Shown: positions 51,303-62,000 of the stretch, piece after piece | How positions within the stretch are numbered: the first letter of the stretch is position 1 | How the letters are laid out: every line of letters starts with the position of its first letter | From: Vicugna vicugna | Lineage: Eukaryota | DNA length: 62,000 nucleotides | Direction of reading: 5' to 3' | NCBI GenBank assembly: GCA_013265495.1 | Contig: MU058584.1 | Coordinates: 1,896,616 to 1,958,615, forward strand | The notes under the pieces: model-generated | What the model saw: only the letters and a program-made list of their open reading frames with translations | What the model was told of the DNA's origin: nothing | Databases searched by the model: none | Made by a program: the position numbers and the translations under genes

Positions 51303-52249
51303 CATCGATCTTCTTCACTTCTCTTCACAGTCTAAGTGCTCATCAAGTTCTGTAGTTTCTCTTTCAAAATATACCTGGAATCTACCCATTTCTGTCAGTC
51401 TCCACTGCCTTAAACTCAGCTACTGAGATTGCCTACTGAAACTACTAAGATATTTTCTTTATGACTCTTATACATCCTACTCTTGTCCCCCTAAATACAG
51501 CGTTGACACAGTAGACAAATAGATGAAAATATAATTCACATTTATATTTGTCAAATAATGCACCTTTTTTTTTACTCCTTACAAACCCTCCTGCATGATC
51601 AGACTTCTACCCAACCCTCCATCCTCACTGGAGGTCACTCTCCCCTCATCCCATAGTCTTCAGCCTCTTTGCCTCCTTTTAGTTCCTTGAACACATAAAG
51701 TTTTCTTCCTACATCAAGGGATATCATATCTTCTCTCTGAAATGCTTTTCTCTACTTTTCACATGAGGTTAGCTTCTTTAGTCCCCTTCACATCCCTGTT
51801 TAAGTGTCTTAAATCTCAAATATATATTTTTGCCTCTTTTCCCAGCTAGGTTCCCACATTTCCTTCAATGCCTCCATCAGTTTTCCTATGGCATCTCCCT
51901 CTCTTTCAAGGCTCTTATTAAAGTCATATATGTTTCTTCATAGATTTACCCCATCACACGAAAATTCTCAAGATAGGATGCATGCCTAATTGATTTATCA
52001 TGTATAATAGTTAGCTCCAAAAACCCAGTACATAGTAGATGCTCAGTAAATACAATACTTCTTGAATAAAAGTATGAATTTGGTTTCAAGTTGTTTAAGG
52101 TATCCAAACCTCAGTTTCCTCATACTTAAAAAAGGAGAATTATTCCCTAGGATTATGTTAATAATCAATGGTTTAAATAAAGTAGTTCCTGATAGAGTCA
52201 TTACACAATAAACATAAGGTTCTCTTTCCTGTATTTATATATATTACAC

Positions 52250-54240
52250 AAGTCATACACAAACAGGAGGACTTAAGGTTTAAAATAATGATTTTAATGG
52301 ATTAAAAAAGATGGAATTTAGAATTCAGAAAGCCTGAAAGAGCTAGAAATTGTGTACAGAGCCCTTGAGAAGAAGGAGCTATAGAGAGAAAGAGAGACAG
52401 AGAGATCCTGAAATCTTTTCAATAGTCGCCTTGAATACTAAGGTGTTTATGCATAGGGTGAAACTTCACAAAACTGAGGCAAAATGAGGCAGCATAAGTT
52501 GAAAAGTTTCTATTACTCACACAAAGTTGGGAGCTATGTGTATTCCAACCAAAGTAGACAGATTTTACTGACTAGCTAAAATATTCAGAAGAGATGTGTG
52601 AAGGATCACACTTTAGTCTGGGGTCTGAATTAGTCCCATGTAAAGGCTACTACCCTAGACTTACTTGGCAAGCCAAAACAAAACAAAGCAAAAAAGCCTC
52701 GAAAAGACAAGTCTGAACTGCAAATAACTATCTGGCAAAGTAAAATCAGTGCACTTTAAATGAAACATCAAAACACCAACACCAAAAATTATAACATGAC
52801 AAAATCCAGAGCCCAACAGAATATGCTACAGCGTACAAAGGAGCTGACCATGTAAATTATAATCAAAAGGAAAAATTAATCAGCAGGAACAGACAAAGAA
52901 ATGACAGACATGGCTTTTAAAACAGCTATCATAAATATGCTCAAGTACTTGTGGGAAAGCATAAAACATAAGAAAGAAAGAAATGGAAACTGCTAAAAAA
53001 ATTAAATGGAATTGTAGAACTGAAAAACTTAATATCTGAAATGTAAAAACCTTGTAATGGGCCTCGTACTAAATCAGACATTGTAGAATGATCGATGGAA
53101 CTGAAGCAGAGCAACAGAAACTATCCAAATTGAAGTACAGAAAGGAAAAAGACCACACAAGGATGAGCAGTGCCCGAATGATCAGTAGAACATAATTAAA
53201 CATCTATTATACGTGTAACTGGAATCTCAGGAGAGGGGCCCAGGAAAAATAGTTGAAGAAATAATAGCCAAAAATTTTCAAAAGTAAGATAAATCATAAA
53301 CTGACAGACAGATAAAGCATAATGAACATCAAGCAAAATAAACACAAATAAAATTACATCAAGACACATCATAATCAAATCGCTGAAAAACAACGACGAA
53401 GAGAAAAATCTTAAAGCACCCAGGAAAAAAAAAGAATACATCGTGTAACAAAAGTAAGAATTACTACTTACTTCCAATTAGAAAAATAAACACAAACCAG
53501 AAGACAATAGAATGACATCTTCAAAGCACTAAAAGCAAAAAAAAAAAAAAAAAAAAAAGAAAGAAAGAAAGAAAAAACTGTCAACCTAAAATTCTATACC
53601 TTTGAAAATATTCCTCAAAAGTGAAAGTAAAATAGAAGACCTTTTCTGAGAAACAAACCTGGAAGAATTCTTCACTTCAGATCAGCAATACTAAAACGTT
53701 AAGAAAAAATGTTGAACAAACTTCTGAAAAAATGATAGCAGATACAGACTCATACCTACTCCAAAAGGAAATTAAGAATGCCAGAAATGATGGACATGTG
53801 GGTAAGTGCAAAACACTGAAAAGTATTCACCTTTTTTTCAAATAATAATAGATTATTTAAAACAAAAATAATATATTTTGGAGTTTATGACATATGCAGA
53901 AATAAAAACTATGAAAACAGTAACAAAGAAATTGGTGGGGGAGATAAGGTAACATTGTAAAAGTTTTATATTATATGTTACCTGGTATAGTAATACTTGA
54001 AATTAGAGTATGATGAGTTAAAGATGAGATTGTGAATAACAGAGCAACAACTAAAAACTAAAACAAAGAAATATAGTTAATAAATCAATAAAAAATAAAG
54101 CAAAATCATATAAATATGCAATTAATTCAAACAAAGCAAGAAGTAAGTAAAATGGAAACAAAGAACTGAGAGGGTAAAGAAAAACAAAATAGTACATGAC
54201 ACAAAACTCAATTATATCAACAATTATGTTAAATTTAAAT
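52250..54240 (+). mobile_element. Old L1M 5' region: 5'UTR, ORF1, inter-ORF and first codons of ORF2
   Basis: EEIIAKNF near 53255 and TSRHIIIKSLKNNDEEKNLKAPR near 53355 (ORF1 motifs); ISTIMLNLN near 54215-54240 (ORF2 start ISIITLNVN). Confidence 0.85.
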
Positions 54241-55340
54241 TTGCACAGCCAAGGATATATTAAGAGAAAAGATAATCCACAGAACTGGAGAAAATACTTG
54301 CAGATTATATACCATATAAAGGTCTTCTATCAAGATAAAGGGCTTATATTCAGAATATATTAAGAATCCTTACAACGAAAAAATATAAAGACAACCTGAT
54401 TAAAAACTGAGCACAGGCTTTAAAAACACATTCCTCCAAAGATAAGTGAATGGCCAACAAGCACATAAGACGCTTAACACCATTAGAACTGTAGCACCAA
54501 CCTGCATTATTCACCTCAGCGATGGTATGTGAATAAGAAATACATTTCTTTGCTCTTAAAAAGAAATGCAAATCAAAGCCACAAAAATATACCACTTCAC
54601 ACCCCCGAGGATGACTAAACCAAAAATAAAAACAAAAGCAGACAGTACCAATTGTCTCCCAGAACCTACAGAAATTTGGGGGAATCTTCATACGTTGCTG
54701 GTAGGATGATTAAAGGTGCAATCACTCTGGAAGAGAGTTCGGCTCTTCCTGGAAAGTTTAAATATAAGAGTTACCCTAAGATCTAGCAATCACACTCCTA
54801 ATATATAGATAATACGTAGTTCCTGTATACCAGACATATGCCCAAAAGAAATGAAGGCATACGTCCACAGAAAAACTTGTACACAAATATTATATAGCAG
54901 CACTGCGAATAACCAGAAAAACAAAAACAATGCAAATGTCCATCAAGAAATGAATAGATAAACAAAATGTGGTATGCCCACGAAATGCAGTATTCAAAGG
55001 AACGAAGGGCTGATTCATGGTACCACATGGATGGACCTTGAAAACATTAGGCTAAGTGAAAGAAACCTGCCACCCAAGCACCAAAGACCACATATTATGT
55101 CATCCCATAGTGACAGAAAATAGATTACAGACTGGTTGTCTGGGGGCTGGGAGAGGGGTAGGTGGGAAGGGAAGGAAGGTGGGAAGAAAGAATGATATGT
55201 GTCTGCTAATGGACAGGGTTGCTGTTTGGACTGATGAAAATGTTCTGAAATGTAATAGTAGTGATGGTTTCACAACTGTGTGAATCTACTGAAAAATCAC
55301 TGAATTATACAATTTAAAAGGATGAATTTTATGGTATCAC
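54241..55340 (+). mobile_element. L1M ORF2 C-terminus and 3'UTR
   Basis: gaaatgcaaatcaaagccaca, caaatgtccatcaa, atggatggaccttgaaaacatt, gtgatggtttcacaactgtgtgaat. Confidence 0.88.
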
Positions 55341-55515
55341 ATATACAAGTATATACAACATATACAATATACATAATTGTGGTATAGATGTGATATATGT
55401 GTTTATATATTGCATATGCATTATATATTACATATATTGTTATATTACGTATTATGTTATATACATGTTTATTTATGTTTCATATATGTATGTGTGTACT
55501 CATTGATATATATAT
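55340..55515. repeat. AT-rich (TA/TATG) low-complexity tail
   Basis: Degenerate TA-rich run just after the L1 3' end. Confidence 0.8.
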
Positions 55516-56019
55516 GTCTTTAGCCAGTTACAGCTGAGAACACCCAGCAGAAATGGCTAAAATAAGGAGAGAGAAGTTTCCAAATGACCTTGGCTTACCA
55601 AGAAAGAATCTGAATTCTAAGCCATGCTCTAAGGCAGCTAGTTACACGTGCCCTCTGCTTATGCATCTGGTCATGTATAATATAGGCTATTAAAAAAAAA
55701 AAGAAAAGAAAAGCAGCGCTGGGAAAGGGAGAGGGGAGAGGGGAACCGGCCGGATCGCAGGAAGAGATTGCTAACAGACAGCGCCCAGTTACTTTCAAAG
55801 TAGCTCCTCTTCAATTGGTCAGCATGGTGAGAAACATAGGTGCCCTCCAGGATATGAATCTGGTTGTTTCGCTGCAATCTAAGAAAATAAATTACAGAAC
55901 AGGGATTCAAAGAAAGCAGAACAGCCTTGTTTTGCCTTTAAGGGGAAAGGACGCTTTAAGGATTCATTCCCAGACTTCAGCGAGGCCACGATGCTGGGAG
56001 GAGGGACCAGAAGTGCTGC

Positions 56020-56210
56020 TCTGGTGTCAGGTCCAGGCTCAGGTATTAACCCCGTCACTTACTGGCTGTGTAATTCAGAAGTCGTCCTTTCTGAACCTCA
56101 GCTTTTTCATCTGTAAAACATGAATCACAGGATCTGTTTCGTGGAATTGCTGTGTAAATTAAATGAGATAATAGACGGGAACGTTCACGCACAGTATCTG
56201 CCACAGCGAG
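56020..56210 (+). mobile_element. MIR SINE remnant
   Basis: tcacttactggctgtg...tctgaacctcagctttttcatctgtaaaac...attaaatgagataat. Confidence 0.8.
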
Positions 56211-59200
56211 CCATCTATGCTCTCCATGTTTCCTCAGTTTGTTTCTCCATAATTTATCTCCCAAATATTTACTGAATGTGCACACTGTGGAAGGCACTGT
56301 GGGACAGAGAAACTCCCCAAATGCTGGGGAATATTTCGGGTAGAATTAGCAAGACACACCTCTCCTCTGGTGAAGCTGTGGTGTAGAAAGAGAATGTGTC
56401 TGACTTATCTCTTTTATCCTCAGTGCCTAGCAGAATCCTTGATGAACAGTAGGAAGCTGATCAACATTCGCTGAATAATTGCATGTATTAATTCAAAGAA
56501 AATCCACAATTCTTCTATCACTTAAAACTTGAGCTTTTTTTTAAATCCAGTACAGAGCTAACCTGGAGAAAGTTAGTCTACACAACTCAGATGGGTCAAT
56601 TTTTAATGGGGAATAATATAAGAAATTATGGAATCCTGAGATGCAAGTCATCTCTACATAAGCCGTCAAAACCAAGACGGCTGCTGTCCTGCCGGTAGAA
56701 ATCTTGTGATGTGAAGACTGCATTTTGGCTCCATCACTTGTGGGCTATGCTGTGTTGGACAGGCTACTTAACACTCTCGACCCCTGCGGCTTCTTCTTAA
56801 ACAACAGGAATAATAATATATAATTCAGAGAGTTGACAACAGTATCCAAAGAGTACATGTGTTTTACGTACCAACAAAAATGTGTGTAAACATGAAATTT
56901 AATCCTTATCACTATAATTTGATTATTATCTGTTTTAACCTTTATCAGTTAAAGTTGCCCAGAACAATTTTTCTACATTAAAAGAAGCTATAAATATAGC
57001 TTTAGAACTGTGAATATATATGCACTTTAAAAAACGCTAAAATTCACTAAAAAATTATTTCTATATTAAATCACTTAACAGCTTGCTCACTGTCATACAA
57101 TAGGTTTCCCCAAAAGTTAACTACATATAAAAATTTTATCTAAGTAACAGCATCTTTATTGTACTAATTTAAACACGGTGGAAAATTTTCCTTTGTTCTA
57201 GTTAACACCTAACAAAGAGATACAACAACAAAAAAAAAAAACAGAAAGAAGTTGATGCTTCTCACAGCACCACAAAAAAGAGCATTCCAAGTTGGTGGGA
57301 ATTCCATTCCCTGTGCCCATTCATGGGTCAAAGTTTCCTTCTAGTCTATTGCTCCAGAGCATTGTCCTCCTCTGCATAATTGGAGAAAATTCCAAAAGGT
57401 GGGATGGAGACAGAGGACGAAGAAGAAAGACTCTGTTGTCTGAAGACCTAAGGGCCCAGTACCAGAGAATTTTTGCCAGTCCTCTGATTGTCAGAAAGAG
57501 TTCAAACAGACTCATAGGTCTCCCCATTTCCTAGGTGATGGATTACCCTGCCCCTCTGTGAGCCACCCTCTCAGCATTAATACCGGTTGCTAAATTGTTT
57601 TTGGCTCTGCTCTCTAGCATTACCTCTTTCCCTGTTGATGTGTCTTTCTGAATGAGAAGAGGTATAAACCCTCCTTCTTCATGCTCAATGGCCCTATAAA
57701 AATTGAATTTTCCATGGAAGTATTCCAGAGTGTGTGAAAAAATCAAGGCAGAATTAAGACAGTGTCGCTACTGCAGAATTTGGTATTAGGAGGACGCTTA
57801 CAAAAGGCCAGACAACAGGCAAAGGGATGGTAGGACCTTCAATCAACTCTGAGTCCACATGAGCAGATCCAACGAATGCATTTGAAGATGTGGATAAGAA
57901 ATGGTTGCGAAATATCTAGGCTTCCTCATGTATCAGTCTGTTGCATTTCTCAAGGCACTGGTAAATATTTCAGAAGTATAATTCAGATCAGTTTTTGATA
58001 TCTATTCATTCAAATCAAGAAATTAAAAGCATAATCGAACCTATTCAATAATTTTTAAAAATAGTTTAAAGAGGATAAAGTTTTTACTCCAGGGTAAAAG
58101 ATGCAATATTGGAAGAATAAAAAATAAAAGAAACACAACAGATTTTCTTTTCACAAGATTTTTCTCATAGTGACACAACTCCAGTTAGACATCGCCAGCT
58201 CTTTATCTCAAGATACCCATGATTGCTATGTTTTTCTCTGCTACAAAAGAAAAAAGAAAAAAGAGTAAAACAAAACAAAGCAACCAAGCTTGACGTTTGA
58301 GTCAGGCCCACAACATCGGCCGTGGTCCCCACCGAGTGTGTGCAGAGTCTTCCTCTGTTGCCTTCTCTTCATCACAAAACTGAGTCAATGCCCTTTTTGC
58401 AACTCTGGCTTTTCCTATAACCTTTCAGATCTCAATTCACATTTTCCAGCTGCAGAGATCCCCCCATAATGTGGTAATCCGAATCTCCTATCATTTCTTT
58501 TTGTTTTCCCATTTATCTAGAAATTAACTCCCTTCTGTCTCTTTCAAAATTTGGCCTGAAGCCCACACTGAAAATCTCTACAGTTCTGCCTCTGACCTCT
58601 ACGTTTCTCCAATGTCTTGATTTTCGCATTTCAGGAGAAAACAATCAATTGTCCCACTCTTCTCTCAGTCTCTCGTGCTCATCCCCACTCTGACTGTCCA
58701 TCTCTCTGCTTTGCCTTCTCTCTTCACCTCCTCCCAAGTTTCCGTAGAGAAGACGGGGCGTCTCCTCCACCCTCAAGACGGGAGCGATACTTGACTGAGC
58801 ATCTTCTTCCTTCTTTTACTCCCAACCCACCCATCAACATGATTAGCAGAGAAATGGTGATCCACTTTCTGAGGTTAGAAAGGGACTGACAGCCCAAAGG
58901 CAAAAAAATAAAAAATAAAAAAAAATAAAAACAGAAAACCAGCTCTACCCTGTCTTGCTCTTTATCCCTCAAAACCAACCTGGACTTCAGTGAAGTGGGC
59001 TTTCCTCTGCTTCCTGACCCTGAGGGGCTCGACCTTGGCAGCTGGGTCTCTGACCTGTGGGGACACCTGCTCATCTCCAGTTTCTCTGCCTGTGACTGGG
59101 ATGGGTACATCTGTGAGATAGCGAGACACAGAAGGTTCCGTTTTGCTCCCCAATCCAGTCAAACCAATTAAAAAGCTAATATTGCAGCCTCTGTTTGGCT

Positions 59201-60149
59201 TCTCGTCTGTTCTTAATTGCTTAGAAGCCAAAACAGAGACTGGTGAGTGATTAACATCCCCTGAACACCAACATTTCCTCTTCTTTTTTCTATCTCTTTT
59301 CCTCTTGATCTTAATTAATTCTGTGCAGCATAATATGTCCTGAGCTTCTTTGTCTAAAAGAAGCTACTCCAAGCTAAATCATGGACCTAATGAAGAATTC
59401 AAAATAGCCCTTTGGTAAGAATATTCTGACCCTTTTCCTGTTACTATGTGAAATAAATAGAGAGCATATTGTGGGTCTAGCATGACACCTGGCACATAGT
59501 AAGTATAAAATAATTATTTGTTGAAAGAATACCAACTACAGAAATAATTTTTAACAATATGGCCAACTATTCAGAGTGGCATATGAGATTATTTATAGAT
59601 TTTTCCATCTAAGGGTACCACATTTCCATGTTTTTTAAACGAATTTTTAGCTACTTTTAAGTATTGACCATATGAATTTTACAGTTAAATTGAAAAAAAA
59701 AAACTGTATCTTAACTCTTTGACCAGAGATCTTATTGCCAATCACCCTGTCATCAAAATGGGGCATATTCAACCAAACTGATGCACTATTTCACACGTCA
59801 GGGACAAATTTACCTAAGACATCCATTCATTCCCTAACTGAAGCTTTACTGAATTTTTACTACAAGCAAAATACTGCACTTGGAAATGACCAGACGACTG
59901 AGATATTTTCTGTCTTCAAGAGCTTGCAATCTAATTCACATGTATAAATGGTTTCAATAAGGAACCATTCCATGATATATCAGATATGCTTTAAGAGAGT
60001 AGAAAGGTGGAAACTTTAGGAGAATAGGGAAGCTCATTTAATAGGCAGAGTAATTAGGTAAATCTGAGTTAGGAATCGGGACGTTTTAGGACAGAGACGT
60101 GGGGGAGGGAAGTTCAAGAAGACGGAATGCCGTTAACAGTAACAGATAA

Positions 60150-60652
60150 AAATGCAAACAGAAGTCCAATTCACCAAAACCTCCAAACAACCCAAGTGTC
60201 TGTCATCAGAAGAATGGATACACTGCAGTATATTTATATAATCTGATATAACACCACCCTGCAATGAAATTAATGAACCAATACCAAATGCAACAACGTG
60301 GACGAATCTCACATGGATGATTTTGAGCAAAAGAAACTGGACAGAAGAGGATATGTTGAGCACGCGTTTATTTATATAACCTTCCAAGAGGCAAACTCTG
60401 TGGTGTGAGGATCAAGATAGTGGCTGCGGTTACCTTTGGGGGATAGTCAGGGTAGTCACTGGGAGGGGGGCACCAGAAGAAGCTCCTGGTGGAGTGGGGG
60501 CTGGCAGCGTTCTATTTCTTGATCAATTTCCTGATCGATTTCTTGGCATTCACATGGATATATTCCCCTGGTGAGAATTCATTAAGCTGGCCACTCGTGG
60601 GTTGTGCATTTCTGCTGATGTATGTTATCCTGCAATAAAAACAAAATAAAAA
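60150..60652 (+). mobile_element. Old L1ME/MD-like 3' end
   Basis: aaacaacccaagtgtctgtcatcagaagaatggata...gcaacaacgtggacgaatctca...tatgttatcctgcaataaaa. Confidence 0.8.
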
Positions 60653-62000
60653 GCAAGCCCAGAGATCAAAACTCAAGATATATCCACCTGGACTCAAGGT
60701 TTAAGGTTAAGTGTAAGGGAGGTAATTTGTGGAGCCAAGCATCTTGGTAGTAAAATTAGTGGGTGAGTGTGGGGCGGAGCACCAAGCAGTTACTGTGCAT
60801 TCCCCATCTCTTCCCCACCAACAGCCCACCCCAGCTCCTAAATAATCTGTCCTGATTCTTTCTGAGTCTGTAAATTTAGAAAAGGTGCTTTGGACATGAT
60901 GTTTGGAAGAGAAAGGTCATGTGTAAGTTTGCTTTATACTTTGTGGCGGAGTAAGTAGCTGAAATACAGCTTGGCAATGGTACAATTTATCTTGGTTTAA
61001 CAGTTCTCTCCTACTCTCAACCTAGGGCAAACTGCATCTGATTATGCTGGGAGATTCACGGGTGAGTGAGAGGTAGGAAGGTGTTATTTCACATTCCTGA
61101 GTTTTGTCCACTATAAAACAGGTTGAGAGAAATGGAAGGAAAAGCAGCTCGCGCCCAATGCCTGGCGTCGGTTAAGCCTCTCCGTCAATATTGTCTTCCT
61201 TCAACAACCACTTCTTGAGCCCCTACTATGTGCCAGGCCCCATGCTGGGTTCTGGCAATAGAAAGCCAAGTGAGACACTGCATGAACTAAATAGGTAGTC
61301 TTCAGATGTACCATACTCAGCCAGTCTCCCCGAGAAGACTGTGATCATTAGAAGAATAGATAACGCCCTGAGGGTTACGGGAGCCCTGTGGGGACTGGGA
61401 GGGCCCTCCTGGTCACAGTTCCAAACACTGCTGCTTTGGACTCCAGTCAGCTTGGCAATAGAGTACTTCATAGAACATTTGTAATAGGATTTTGCCCGTA
61501 ATCATGCAGAAAGGATTTGCCAAGCAAATTACTGGTGGAGACAAGGGAAGTGTTAGCCTAGTTGAGAATGAGGCTCTTTAGAAAGAGCATTTGCATTCAA
61601 ACAAAGAATATGCTAATTATAACTGAATCTTACCCACTTGTTAAAGCCGGTGCAAGGATTTCCAACACAGATACGTCTGCTCCTTCTTTCCCCATTAACA
61701 GCATTACCATAAGGACCCTGGATTAATAATATCTATAGATCTATGTTTAGTATATATAGATATCTCATGTCTTCAGATCTGCTTTTGACCTCTCTTCTAC
61801 ATTCTGGACACACCAAACCAATTAGATATTCTGCAAAGACTTTACAGCTTTCTTGTAGCATCTGCTCCTATACTGGTGCTGTCTGTCCCAGTTACTGGCC
61901 ACTCAGTCTCCCAAATCAGAAGCCTGAGAGCCTCCTTAGCCTCTTGCTCCTCCCTTACCCCACGCAACCACCAATTGAATCTGCTTTGTTCTATCTTCCA

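Larger units (their letters stand above)
48700..52070 (+). mobile_element. Long L2 fossil from endonuclease region to 3' end, with nested insertions
   Basis: AFWNCHS near 48800, GNFNNLVD near 49177, SFSADDLDSY near 50610, 3'-end-like gctcagtaaata...ttgaataaa near 52040-52070. Confidence 0.75.

Noticed and set aside
1..62000. CRISPR array, operon-like or other novel multi-gene system; identity of the host gene
   Set aside because: Eukaryotic repeat-rich DNA with no regularly spaced repeats and no credible coding exons; the locus cannot be named without an alignment

Overview
Mammalian genomic DNA, probably camelid: it carries three copies of a tRNA-derived SINE resembling vic-1 and several young 5'-truncated L1 3' ends with intact target-site duplications (TSDs). 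I find no convincing protein-coding exon or functional RNA gene, and I could not name the neighbouring or host gene. The window looks intergenic or deep-intronic. It is dense in old repeats: MIR, L2, MER5A/MER58/MER33/MER2 DNA transposons, MLT1 LTRs, old L1M and two separate decayed ERV-L proviral fragments (gag side at ~20.9-22.6 kb; integrase/dUTPase-like/3'LTR side at ~33.2-35.0 kb). The most functional-looking part is 2.6-4.2 kb: a purine-rich G4-capable tract, a repeat-free block with four MEIS/TGIF hexamers and an octamer, then a small orphan CpG island. Other repeat-free, motif-dense blocks (5.8, 11.0, 14.1, 17.3, 25.3, 48.0 kb) suggest the regulatory landscape of a developmental gene; this is inference. 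A few isolated splice-signal pairs could be lncRNA exons. I see no evidence of a new multi-gene system. Repeat family names come from recalled consensus similarity, not a search, and boundaries are approximate unless TSDs are quoted.
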